Part shown: positions 12,644-25,923 of the stretch, in pieces
Position numbering within the stretch: position 1 is the stretch's first letter
Layout: every line of letters starts with the position of its first letter
Assembly (NCBI RefSeq): GCF_021028975.2
Contig: NC_059428.1
Span: 143,034,001-143,098,000, forward strand
Length of the DNA: 64,000 nucleotides
Origin: Sphaerodactylus townsendi
Taxonomy: Eukaryota
Direction of reading: 5' to 3'
Notes under the pieces: generated by a model
Told to the model about the DNA's origin: nothing
Databases searched by the model: none
Seen by the model: only the letters and a program-made list of their open reading frames with translations
Program-made: the position numbers and the translations under genes

Positions 12644-12947
12644 AAGAACAACAAGAAGAGGAGTTTGGATTTATATCCCACCTTACTCTCCTGTAAGGAG
12701 ACTCAAGGTGGCTTACAAGCTCCTTTCCCTTCCTCTCCCCACAACAGACACCTGGTGAGGTAGGTGGGGCTGAGAGAGTCCCGAAGAACTGTGACTAGCC
12801 CAAGGTCACCCAGCAGGACTGTAGGAGTGCGGAAACACATCTGGTTCACCAGATAACTCTCTGCTACTCAGGTAGAGGAGTAGGGAATCAAACCCAGTTC
12901 TCCAGATTAGAATCCACCTGCTCTTAACCATTACACCATGCTGGCTC
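12644..12947 (-). mobile_element. Squam3-type SINE (subfamily B)
   Basis: Full-length copy. Confidence 0.88.
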
Positions 12948-13667
12948 TAAGGATCCTGGGCAATCTTTTGCTGACTTTGGACCTGAATTGTCAATGCCAC
13001 CCTCTACCGCTCTCTTTTGCAATTAGCAGGAAAGGAAAAGACTGAGAAATGAAACCATTTGCCAATACAAGATCTATTACATGAGCAACATCAAATAATT
13101 CTCCAGTGAGGGCAGATTGCAGCTGCAACCGAGTGTGGATTTGGTCTAATGAACATCTCCCGTTTCTAACTGTGGTGCTCCTCAATAATTCTTGAATGAT
13201 GAAGCAACCACCTCACCCAAGCCCCAGAAACAATTCTCGTTGGATGATGGGAACACAAATTACCAGACAGAGGAGATTGCTGAGGAAACAAGTAAAGTTC
13301 TTCACATTATTCCCGCCCACCAGCCAGATGACAGGATGACATTTGTCACTGATATCGCTGGTATCGATCGGGGAAAGGGAAATGTGGCGGCAAGCTTACC
13401 AAAACCACTCCTCATATCTTCGAATGGGATAAAAGCTAATGCGGCAAAAGACTTCAGTGTAATATGTTGATATTAGTTCCATATTCAGTCTTTAAGCCAA
13501 GGTTTTTGATTTTCCTGATGAGACTCTGACACATATGAAAATAACTCCCTTTGACCTCAGTGTGTGGAAAGGTAAACCTCACCGCAGTCATACAAATAAA
13601 TAAATGTCTATATTTGACTTGGCAGTAATCTGTTTCACAAATCGGTTCATGAAAGCATTTGGGGTCA

Positions 13668-13826
<159 letters not shown>

Positions 13827-14613
13827 TCATAATTATGCTTTTTATATATTTTTATACAGACAGAGAGTGCACCAAAATATGACTATCCATAAAATGGTTA
13901 TAATAAAGTTCTGTAGGCAGTTATATGCTTCATGGCGCTCTGGAAGAAATGGTCAAAGGAATATCCCTTTAATGTCCTCTGGATATGAAAAATGAAATAT
14001 GAATAGCAATAAAATGATTTGTGGGAGTTTTTTAACCTGGGGATAGAAACAATATTTTGTGCACAGTGGACACACAAAAAAAACAGCCTGAGGACCCATT
14101 CAAATGTTTAACTGACTGGTGGTACAGTCCTCTCAGAATGCACTTGGGGAGACTATGCTTGCCTTGAATCTCCAAAAATCACCACACATGGAAGGCTTTC
14201 AGACTATCTGCCAGGGACCTACCAGGAATCAAAGTTGGGTTCCATACTCTATGCAAGCGCTCCTCATTGTGAGCCATTCAAGACTAGGGGGTGAGTTGGA
14301 GAAGAGAATGGAATGGTGTTGTAGGACCCACCATGTTTTGTCCCCACTCCCCAAGTACCAATTGGTTCTTTCTTATGAGGCCTGTCTTTAAACAGTGGAA
14401 CAAGCTAGTTAATTTTGGACTTAGTCTATGGTGACACTCTTTTGTAACACAGAGCGCAAATTCAAAAAAAGAGAACGAATATTCCACAACCTCTTCTGTA
14501 CCCAACTCCACCATGTCAACAGATAGCCTCTTAACACAAAATATGGACAAGTAAGAGGACAACCCAGTGCTACGCCTATATGCTCAGAAGCTTTACTTGA
14601 CTGGCCAGCTACA

Positions 14614-14991
14614 GACTTCTGTCCCCTGATGGAGCTGCTAGCAGTAGAGAATTCTGGGTGAAGTCTAGATCCATTACAGGCCAAGAAGGGATCATGTTGG
14701 CTCAGAGCAATGGACTTTCCATCCCCTGATGGAGCTGCTAGCAGTAGAGAATTCTGGGTGAAGTCTAGGTCCATTACAGGCCAAGAAGGGCTCCTGTTGG
14801 CTCAGAGCAATGGACTTTCTGTCCCCTGATGGAGCTGCTACCAGTAGAGAATTCTGGGTGAAGTCTAGGTCCATTACAGGCCAAGAAGGGATCCTGTTGG
14901 CTCAGAGCAATGGACTTTCCATCCCCTGATAGAGCTGTTAGCAGTAGAGAATTCTGGGTGAAGTCTAGGTCCATTCTGAGCAATGGACTTT
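14614..14991. repeat. Tandem repeat, exact 100-bp period, ~3.7 copies
   Basis: tcccctgat recurs at 14622, 14722, 14822, 14922. Confidence 0.95.
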
Positions 14992-17900
14992 CAGATAGGT
15001 TTTTGCCTGCACTTTGGGACAAAGTACATAGTTCTCAACAGAACTCGCCTTGACTCTGGGCTTCTACAGCACTGCTGCTGTTGAGCAGTCATGGTTGAGT
15101 TGCAGTCTTGGATATTGGCTACCCGAACAGGAATTAGTTTCAGGCTCAACATCTTGGATGCTGATGCCCGGGCAGTTTGCTGAAAGAAGCCGTGGGCCTG
15201 GTTTTTGGGACCCTTCAGGAACCATCAACAGCACAACTGTGGGATTGCAGAGGCCAGCTTGAACAACTTGTTTCTAAAGGCAAGATGTAGCAGCTTTCAT
15301 ACTAACCTCTCTGCCTTTCTTTGCCTCCTCTAGATTGCTAACTCAGCTGTGACCATGAACGAGTGGATTTCCCCACGCATCGTGCTTTTATCGGGCTGTA
15401 ATCTGTCTCTGCACCAATCCCAGTTTAACTGGCCGCTAAAATTAATTCCAGTTTTCCACATTAAGTTAGTTACGCTGATTATTTTTCTGCTTGCCCAAAT
15501 CTGCTTCAATTGTGCCTCTGACATCAATGTTTCCCCATATCAAACAATGAAGAAAAGGCCATTCAAAATGTCAAGGGCCAACTGGGGTAATCTACCCATG
15601 CTTATCTAAGTCCACAAGCCCACAAGTCACATATTTAACGGCAGGAAATCTGCGTTTCGATGACACCTCTCCCCTACTTTCTACCCTAAATATGAGGGAT
15701 TCAACTGCTTTTTCAAATCTGTCAGGTCCTTCTGTCAAAGAGGCTGAGAGATACCCTCAGATTATAAGTTATACAAACGATGCCTCAATTTATCCGAGGA
15801 AGGAGAGGTGAAGAAAAAAAACACACAGTATTCGGGAAGATGCAGATCGATGCTCTTAGCTAAAAGTCGCACCCATATTTCATTTCCTTCCCACTCCCGA
15901 TTTGATGGCTGTATCATCTAACCCGGTGAAGCTCACCCAGGAAAGACTTCATTCATCATGAAAATAACAGCAATTAAACTTTACTTTGTCTTGTCAATGA
16001 GGGTTGTGCTGGCCCATAACTGTGTGGGTTAATCAAGTGTATGGAGAGGCTTGACATACCTGAATGAGGAACTGCCAAGGAACCCTGTGTTAGCGGCTGG
16101 GAGAGGTAAATTCGCCGCTGTGGGTGTAATTCTGGGAATTTGTCTTGCTGTCACAACACTTATCTTCTCCTCAGGTTGAAACTTTTGAAGGGAAAAAAAA
16201 ACACCCTACCTTCATCTGCATGGTAGAGCAAGAAGAGGAGGTGGGAGGAAAACACCGGGCCAATCCAGATGCTTTACACTGCCAGCCAATCACAGGGGGC
16301 CGGGTTGGTCCTATTCCCAATGAATGGGGATGAGCAAATGTTTCTGATCTCATGACCTTTTCAATCAATTTGCTAATATTATGATCAACGGTCCCAGTTC
16401 CGCGCTTTTTGCCACTGGCGTTCTAGATTTATTTTGTTGTGCGTATGCATGTTTTAGTGCTTCATACGCAATTTATGTCATATTGGCAGGCACGAGACCT
16501 GTGGTTTATATGTATAATATATGCACAGTGCTGATTTATTGATGGACAAAAGACACTGAATAATCCATACATTTTTATAGGGGGAAAAGGCCTCAAGGGA
16601 GACATGTAATCAAAACGGGAACTTGGGGGTTGAAACAACAGGAATAAAAAAATTCAAAATCTTTCCTAGCAGAAGGGCACAGACTTTGTAGGGAGGGCAT
16701 CACAAATTTCTACTAGACTTTTCAGGCTCAAAAGATATTCAGACAAAAAATGTGATGGGAGAACTTGCTGCTGCTCGGAGCAGAGGGTCTCAGCACTGTT
16801 CCAGAAAATCAGATCGCATTCTCACCCTCCTGAATTCTGATTTTACAATTCTAATATTATCTCTCCAACTGCAACACTCAGCTAATTCCCAACACTCCCA
16901 TGTTACGTTGATAGAACACTGCAAAACATGCACACTTGATTTTATTGCATTAGCTGTTTTCGTGCAGTGTATTCCTGACACGCATGCTGATAAAGCATGA
17001 CCCAAAAAGAGTACAGAAGTGGCCAGATATAATATACATGATCATACCAAAACTGGTGATAAGGAAGAGGGTCAAAAGTCACACACATACAGTGCTTGGA
17101 AACAAGCTGAAAACAACTGAGAACTCTAGATATGTGGCTTCCGTGATGGGAAGAAGATGAAGTAATTTTGGAACTTCAGGAAAAAATTCAGGAACACCCC
17201 TAGATAGATGACCCAAAAATTACTTCAAGAGAAAGTCTCAATATTGGCAATATCCAATGGTAATCACTGACCCTGTCCCTTATCTTTCTACCAAACCTAT
17301 CTCACAGGGCACATCTAAGTATGTAATCAGTATATGCTGCCCCGAACGTCTTCCAAGAGGAGTGAGGCAAAACTGGTTTCCCTCAGTTTCCATCAGAATG
17401 TCAATGAAGCCGTTGCTATATAAGCAAGCTTTAAATTTTGTATTTGTAATTAAACTCACAGAGCTGCCTTATATTGTCTCAGGCGATGGTCAGCATTGAC
17501 CAGACCTGATGGTCAGTCAAGGTCATCATTGTCTACTCAGACGGTAGCAGCGTTCCAGGGTCTTGGATGGAGGTCTTCCACATCATCCCTACCTGAGTTA
17601 TTCGGCTGAAGAAGCTAAGAACGCAGGACCTTCTGCAAGCCAAGAGGATGGTCGACCACTCAGCCCTCCAACAGTTGTTGAGAGCAAATTGTTTTAAAAT
17701 GGGGGGAAGTGATTGAATATTGTTGGGGCCAGAGCAAAATAATAGTTTGTGACCCAGTCAAACTATCCTGTCTGACTGACTGGTTTTTGATTCCCAAGGA
17801 GATGACATATTTAGGAAACTCTCAAGCACAGCAAAGCAATGCTCATTTGCATTGCTCGGTGCAGACGTGTTTAGATGAAGTTGGCGGAAAACAAAAATCA

Positions 17901-18649
17901 GTCTTTATCTTTGGGTTTTTTAGAAGAACAGGAGGGATTACGAAACGTTCCTCCACCCTGATTTATGGCAACTAGCTTAATAATTGTATGTCAAGCAGAG
18001 AACTCTTATTTTATTTTGTTTTTATTTTTTCATTTTCCCCGTGGTGGGGAGAGATAAATATGACAGAATCATTAAAAAATAAAACTGCTTGCTTGTCTTT
18101 GCCCCACTTTTGATGACGAAAACCATCTCACTAACAAGCTCAAGAACGTAGGTGGGAAAATAAGGCCCGTCTTATTTCACAGCTGACACCTGCCTCTGCC
18201 GGCTGCAAGAAACTGCTGTTATTGATCAGCTGTTGTTAAATTTCTTTTGGGTCTTTTTTTCGGAAGAGAGTCAGGGAAATCATAGTTCAGAAGGCAAAGA
18301 GGAACCAGCCAAACAGAAAGTTCTGCTATGGCCAATTCTGAATTGTTCAAAGGTAGAACTCAACTGCAAAAAAGATAATGTTATGCTCAAGGTGGCATGT
18401 TCAATAGCCAAAATAGTGCTGCTATCGGGCGAGGAATTTCCTCTTTTCCAAAATTCATTTATTGAGATTTTGTGATGGATTCCTCTCATCCTTTTCTAAA
18501 CAAGCGATTCCTCTTTCATTCCAGTCGGTTATGTCTTGCACTTAGCCTGGTCTACGCTGGCACCTGAAGTTTCAGTTTGCTCTGGCAGCCGTGCAAGGAA
18601 GAGAAATTGGGTTTAGTCCTTCAATCTCCACTCAGTTTCACATTCAACA

Positions 18650-19535
18650 GGAACAGCCTGGGGGTCCACCTGGATTCGTCTCTTTCAATGGAGACCCAGG
18701 TGGCCCATATAACCCGGGTTGCGTTTTTTCATCTTCGGCAGGCCCGGCGGTTGGTTCCCTTCCTCTCCCACGCAGACCTGGCCACGGTGATCCATGCAAC
18801 GGTCACCTCCAGGCTGGACTATTGTAACTCGCTCTACGCGGGCCTACCCTTGCGGTTGATCCGGAGGTTACAACTGGTCCAAAATGCAGCAGCCCGGCTG
18901 CTCACGGGAGGTGCCTTCCGTGACCATATTCAACCATTACTGCGTCGTCTGCATTGGCTCCCGGTTGAGTTCTGGATCATCTTCAAGGTATGGGTACTTA
19001 CCTTTAAGGCCTTACGCAGCCTGGGACCCTCATACCTTCGGGACCGCATTACCCCATATGTCCCTACTAGGCCTCTGCGTTCAGCAGTGGCCAATTTGCT
19101 GGTAGTCCCTGGCCCCTCAATGATGCGGCTGGCCTCCATGCGGGCCAGGACTTTTACAGCCCTGGCCCCTGCCTGGTGGAACACTCTTCCTCCAGCTGTT
19201 CGGGCCCTGCGGGATCTTGGTGAGTTCCGCAGGGCCTGCAAGACGGAGTTGTTCCGCCGGGCTTTTGGAGTGTCCAGCCGCTGATGGGTGCCCCTGCCTC
19301 CTCCTACATTTTGGGCCCATTACCATCTATGGGCCCACTCTTTTTCTCCCCTTCTGGGAGAGTCTAGTAGGAGTTGTTACGGGCATTGCTGTCAGTGGTT
19401 TATTAATTGCTGCATTTTTAACTTAAATTATTTATAGTCTAATGTACCTGTTATTTTATGTTGTTCACCGCCCAGAGCCCTTCGGGGGTTGGGCGGTCTA
19501 TAAGACTGAAAAATAAATAAATAAAAATAAATAAA
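18650..19535 (+). mobile_element. 5'-truncated L2-clade LINE (ORF2 C-terminus, 3'UTR, (TAAA)n tail)
   Basis: ORF 18577-19284 carries LGVHLDSSLS, SRLDYCNSLYAGLP, LQLVQNAAARLL and LHWLPV motifs; uninterrupted and CpG-rich, so relatively young. Confidence 0.92.
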
Positions 19536-20072
19536 CACTGTCGTAAAGGATAAAAGATGTGTAATTGAAAAATACACATTCACCCCTTCTTCAAAAATGC
19601 TACCAACAAGTTAGATAGTCCCATCCAAGGGGCCAGGCAGCTGTCCTGCACCGCTGTTCCCATAGAGGCATTGGGGCACAGGGCTGTGGCAGCCACACAC
19701 CAATGGTTTCCCCCCTTTGCTGAGGCAAGTGCCCCGGGGAGGGCAAATCCACGTGCAGCCATGCACTGCTTCTGTGGGTGGATTCGCCCTCCCTTTTGGA
19801 TGGGGCTCCGGGACTAGAGGCTGATCAAGAATAGCAAAACTGGCTAGAGGCTGAAAATTAAAACACCCTTCCATTTCCCTGCATGGCCCCAAGACATAAT
19901 GAGGCTGCAAAAATCCAGATATGAACTAAGGCAGGAAAAGGCCTCATTCTGGAGAGCTAGTACCACCAGCACGTGTTTGTGCTTGCCACAAAAAAACCGC
20001 GCTGCCATGGATCGAGAACATTACACAAATGTGTTGGGATGTAAAATCTGAAGAAACGTTTCACGTTCTTAC

Positions 20073-20133
20073 CGTTTGTATATGGATTTACGGCCTTTTT
20101 GTTTGTCATGACGCGGGCTGTCGCATTATTTAC
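20073..20133 (-). CDS. RBFOX1: RBFOX1 exon, 61 nt (VNNATARVMTNKKAVNPYTN-G), end of RRM
   Basis: Acceptor CTTAG|GTA, donor ACG|GTAAGA, phase 0-1. Confidence 0.96.
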
Positions 20134-21063
20134 CTAAGCACATAGAAAAGACAATCAGTATCACTTGTGCAAAAGGGAAGATTCCATGATACTAATGAAA
20201 CACATGCATTATTACTGGCATTAGTTATGTATAAATGCAATTTAATATATATACCAAACAAAAATCCAAAAGAAAGTAACAAAAAAAGCAGGAAGCAGAT
20301 AACAAAATCATACTATTTATAATTACATTTATTCTCATCACCAGTTTCTTAAAAAAAACTTACAAATCATTTCAATAAAGTAACATCATCTCCTTTAAAC
20401 TTTAATAAAGAGACATTAAAAGCAAATTAAAAAGGTTCTGCATAATTGAAGATTTAAGAGCATGCTTTTTGTTCCATGGTAACACTGAAACGATAAAATA
20501 TTTAAAAACGGAAAAATTTCAACGAAAAAAAGAGGAGAGAAAATACCAGATGAAGGAACATGCAGTGGTGTAGAAAGGGAAAAAGAGACAATGTACAAGG
20601 GAAGAAATTAAAGGTCAAAAGAAAATAGGGGGGAAAGGACAAACAGATCTAAGCATTGTGCAACATAGCCCTTTCAAAGAGAGGTTCCATTGGAAAAGCA
20701 ACATGTAGCATTCAACACTGGGAAACATGAGCCTCATTTGTTCATGGCAAGAAAACTAACAAAACCATTCAAGCTTTCAAAATCACAGCTAACAAAAGGA
20801 TAAAAGAGGGGTGCATTATTTAACACAATATGGAGTTAACAATCTGAGTAAGATGTGCACAAAAGTCATATCCTCAATCCAGTCAGTGTCTCCAAGACTT
20901 GCTTAAAATGGACACTCAAATTTTACAGGCGTACCGATATAGAAAAAAAAATATAGAGAGAGAGCATCAAGAAAACTTAATACGACAAGTCAAAAAAACT
21001 CCACGTGGTATATATCAGCGCTTAAAAATATACGTGAAACGGCGGATGGATTTTGCCACTTAC

Positions 21064-21139
21064 CATTCAGCACCATCGCCGGCATGGGGTATGTATACAG
21101 TTACCATGGTTACTGAGAGTTTGGTGAGGGCCCTAAGCG
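21064..21139 (-). other. Candidate 76-nt poison (PTC-containing) cassette exon of RBFOX1
   Basis: Acceptor TTTTCCCCCCTTCGACCGTAG|CGC, donor ATG|GTAAGT; reads RLGPSPNSQ* in frame after the 93-nt exon. Confidence 0.55.
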
Positions 21140-21792
21140 CTACGGTCGAAGGGGGGAAAATGGAAAGGCAAAACATGCGACATCTTACTCAAAAGACGAT
21201 AGCATTTTCAATTGGTAATTTCTTTTTGTTTTGTTTTTGTTTCTCTTTCTGTCTCTGTTTCTTTTAAATTCTAACAAATAACGATTCAGGCAGTGTTGAA
21301 GGGGATCCAGTGGTCATAAAGAAAAGAAGATAGGGGCATATTTTCAGATTTAATGTAAAGGGTTTAAGCCCTCTCGGGAAAAGGAATGGGTGTTTATTCA
21401 AAATGAAAACAACTTTTTCGTTTCAGATTTAGTTAATAGAATATTGGTTGCTGATTGCTCAGATTTCCCAATTTGAACAATTTGGAAAGCCACTGTAGAT
21501 CCTGCATCAACCCTGCATTGGAAAACAAACAAAATTTAAAATAAAAAAACCAAAAACTATCTTATTGTTTTGCTTTGCCACTTAATTTTGTCTCTTTTAT
21601 TTTTTTTCCAATTTTTGAAGTCTATTGCACCCATCAATTTACAAAACCTTTTTTTCAAATCACAGCAGAATATTAAAAGCTCATCACTCTTCGGTCATAC
21701 AACTTTCAGCAACAATTATAAGAATTACAAAATCAATTGGTTTATTTTTAAAAAATTAATAAACCCAAGTAAGGCCAGATTATCTTTATTTA

Positions 21793-22077
<285 letters not shown>

Positions 22078-22387
22078 CTACATGCAGGTGGGAAGAGGGG
22101 GGGAAAATAACATGCACATCATTATTTCAGACAATGACCACTTCTTTGCTTATGTTCTCTTTTGTGTATCTCTCTCTCACTTCCTGCCTCTCTTTAACTG
22201 TATAGGCTCTCGTTCTTGCTTCATTTCTGTAACATGCAAATTAGAAAAATCATAATCGTACCGAGATGTGCAATTAATAAAGCGACCCAATGTGAACAAC
22301 TTTTCTCTCTCTCTCTGTCTCTGTCTCTCGCTTTCATCAGTTAGAGCATATCCCCTGAAGAATGTCAAAGAACGAACACCAAGATAC

Positions 22388-22425
22388 CTTTTTATTTATT
22401 TATTTACTGTGTCTCTAAATTGTCG
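22388..22425 (-). other. Candidate 38-nt poison exon upstream of the 93-nt exon
   Basis: Acceptor TTTCTTTTCCCCCCCTTCGTAG|CGA, donor AAG|GTATCT; reads RQFRDTVNK* in frame. Confidence 0.35.
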
Positions 22426-24989
22426 CTACGAAGGGGGGGAAAAGAAATCTAATTAAAAAAAGAAAAAAGAAAGAAATCTAAATCAATGGAGTGATGTTAT
22501 CACATAGGAAAAATAAATAAATTGTGAGAAAATAAAGTGTATCACTTTTGGAAAGCATGCAGATTTTTTGCTCAACTGGTCGGAAGTACAAACCAAAAAC
22601 GTGTGCAACAAATTTCAACGCCAAATGCAAATCTAGTCTAGAACATTGGCTAGATACTCATGCCATTGTGGTTTGAAAAAAAACATGTTTGTCATGCAAC
22701 ACTAGGGTTGTTCATAATTTTGTCGGGGTCTACAACCTTTACTTTTTTTCTCCTAAAAAAAAGAGAGGAAAATAAGCACTACCAACAAAAGAAAGCTGAG
22801 GTTGAAATAAACTTTCCTGACTCTCACAAAATATAAAGCTGAATTATGTGATATGAGTAAAGAAAGAACAGAATTCCAAAATGCGACCAATTGAAGCAAC
22901 GTTCCACTATTCCATATTGCCATTCACAATGTTCCTTTTCAGTTGCAAAATGGCACCCGCATCTGACATTGGGTCGATTTACACATGGCCCGGGCATGCA
23001 CATTTGACATGCAGTAGAGTGTCAGAGCAAGCCACGGGCTCACGCACCTTGTGCTGTAGTGTAGGATGTTTTGTGTAAATCGTGGCCTATGTAGGTCTGT
23101 TTATCATGTGGCTCTCCACTGTACACACCGGGGGTGGGGGGGTAGTGGATAAGCCCTGGTTCACAAGAAACATCCTCTTTAAATTTGGAGGGGGGGTTAA
23201 CGCATGGTTCCAATTCTTGCTCCCACACTCCACAGAATGCTGGACATACATGCTTGGGCTATGCGCGAACAAGCCCTCTGTCACCCCTATCCCTATTCTC
23301 ATTAGAATTTGCTTAAAGTGTTACACTTTGGCTGGATTCTCTTTGCAAGACTTCTCTCTCCCTCCCGCCTTGAAAGCACAGACTTCTGCAATGCCCAACA
23401 GGTAGGAGCCCTCCGGGGATGGGGTGGTATACCAAATTGAATAAATAATAATAATAGTAATAATAGGAGTCCAACAAAAGTAGGTTTTCCAAAGCAGCGT
23501 AACACATGACAGACTTTGCAGTTAGAAGATGGCACACTGCTCCATAAGAGAGGGCTGCAGAAAGCATATCTAGCTATACATAAGGGCAACCTAGTTGTAT
23601 TGATTCTCACAGCTACTGCATACATGGTTGTTGCTGTGGGAGGAAACTTGAATCAATCTAGACATTGGTCTACAGATACCCCCTTTAAGGGAGGTTGACC
23701 GGCTCCCACCTTCAGTCATTACAAAAATTGGCGTAGAACCATAGAGTTGGAAGAGACCGTAAGGGCCATCAAGTCCAATCCCCTGCTATGCAGGAACAAA
23801 GGCATTGTCTGTGGTACTGGCCACCAGGAAGAGCCACCTCAGACAGAAGTTGCCCACATGAAAAGGAACAGTGCAGCCCATCTACAAAATAATTATATAC
23901 ATGTGGTGCCCACATATATGTGGATGTCATGGCTGGGGACCAACAAATTCACTTTGCGACTCAAAAATAGAGTCAAAAACTCATCCGGCCCAAATCCACT
24001 GTTTGGTGTACAACTTTAAGCAATTCATGATCATCTAACTTCACTCCTATTTTAATGACATGTCCCAACAGATACACGCTTGCATTTTAAACTTCCAAAC
24101 ACTTTGCCTACTACTGACAGCAAAACCTGAAATTTTTGTGATTTAAAAGACCAACCATCTACTTGGTGACCACAATGCAGCCCAACTTTTTGAAATAATC
24201 AACATTTATTTTTCACTCTCCTCCTCCCCAAATAAAACCACTTAACTGCAAGAGAGGAACGGTTGTTTAAAAGAAGAGGGTTTTGGCTTCCTCTACTGGC
24301 TGGCATAATATGGGCATAAAATTTTGCTTCTGACTTATGTTAGCTGGAGACCCTGTGCCTATACAGAGCATACCAGAATCCTACAGTGTTCTAGGGACTG
24401 TGTGAACACTGGCATTACAATCAAAGAAGAACACCAGACATGAACGGTCTGGGTTTGTCTGGTGAGTCCCAGGGACTTCTCCCACCGAGGGAGGGGGAAA
24501 CATCTAGTGTGGGTCAGAAAAGCTTGTAGCCAAATAAACCTGTTCATATATAAACCATCTAAGGATGACTGTCTTTCCTCTCTTTCAGTACTGATGGTTT
24601 TACCATGTAGGGACCACAGTGGGGAGGTTTGACCCCTTGAACCTTCTGCCTCTATGCACAGAGCCTATATTGAGAACTGTCAAATGTAAGTCCCTGTATG
24701 TATCATTTCATGTGGATCGGCATCACTTTTCATTGCAGGATCGCTGCGTAACGGCAGAGGTGCATGAGGACAAAGCTTCCCTCTGTGTCCTGCTGGGCAT
24801 ATAACCTACACATTCAGGGCACGGGTGACCCAGCAGACAGAGATTTCATAGCTGACATTCTCCAATCCAAGGATCGGGTGAAGCAGATCCAATCCACTAA
24901 CAATAGTGTTTCCCCCAGGAGCAAGGAGCCTTCATCGGCACAAAATCCTGCAGAAACAGCAGACGATTCCTAGCGCCAAAGGAAAGTCT

Positions 24990-25235
24990 CACTGTTTGTG
25001 GAATGGATCTGTGGTCTTCAATCGATGAGCTACAGCTAGGTTTGAGTCCAGAAGCGCCTAAGTGACCAACAAGATTTTCTGGATAGAAGCTTTCAGGAGT
25101 CAAAGTTCCTGTTTTCGGATAACAAGGGAGCGTTGACTCTCAAAAGCTTTGACTCCCAGGTCTTCAAGGTGCTACTGGACTCAAATATAGTTGTTCTATT
25201 GAAGACCAACACAGCTAACTTCTGAAATGATCTAC
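24990..25235. mobile_element. Second Penelope-like family, inverted ends, decayed hammerhead (related copies ~6580-6750, 29285-29470, 59925-60072)
   Basis: gagtcca...accaacaagatttt / aagggagc...gactctcaaaagc / aaggtgctactggactc inverted structure. Confidence 0.55.
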
Positions 25236-25869
25236 GGAGAAGTATTCTTTGCTTCTAAAATAAGACATTTTCCAGACAGCCCAGACTAACTCTCTTACTT
25301 TGTTACATAAACATGAAAACACCTTGAACATAAATGGGTTAGCATACTGAAGTTTTTAACTAACTGGGAAAACATCTGCACTTTCGTAATCAGGAACAAT
25401 CACATCTGATCAAGTAATTACTCCAGAGGATATTAGATTATATTACTTGCTTCCATTTCAAAGCAGAATATATACTTATTTTAACAATCTCTCCCCCCCC
25501 CCCAACCCTCTTTCTTTCTGCAAGCTTGAACTAATTTCGCAAAGATGAGCGAGACAATTATCAGGGAAGTAGAAAGGATCGGCAGACAACATTTGATTAT
25601 ATTTAAAAGCAGAAAGCAATATTCCCATTTAACCGGTGACAATTTATCGTAGTTAAAATTATCCCCTTTTCAAGGATTCAAAATTAGGCCGATGAATTTC
25701 ACGCTGTTTGGGAAATGGACGAAAAAAGAGGGGCCCAAAGCCCAATAGATGTTTCAATTAAAGTGGATACTTAAGGAGGGTTTATTACAGGAGTGCAGTT
25801 GCTTTCTCTTTGACATATCAAATACTTCAAACAAATTAAACATTTCCACAGGTGTATTCAACTGCTTAC

Positions 25870-25923
25870 CTTAGAGCCTCGCTCATTAAAAATAATTTCA
25901 ACATCTAAGATTTTACCAAATTG
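25870..25923 (-). CDS. RBFOX1: RBFOX1 exon, 54 nt (QFGKILDVEIIFNERGSK), RRM
   Basis: Acceptor TTTGCAG|CAA, donor AAG|GTAAGC, phase 0-0. Confidence 0.97.

Noticed and set aside
14614-14991. CRISPR array, C/D snoRNA cluster or hammerhead multimer
   Set aside because: No unique spacers; CTGATGGA is not a canonical box C or CUGANGA, and no GAAA follows the stem.
18577-19284. 235-aa nested host gene
   Set aside because: It is the C-terminus of an L2 ORF2 with a non-ATG start in flanking DNA.
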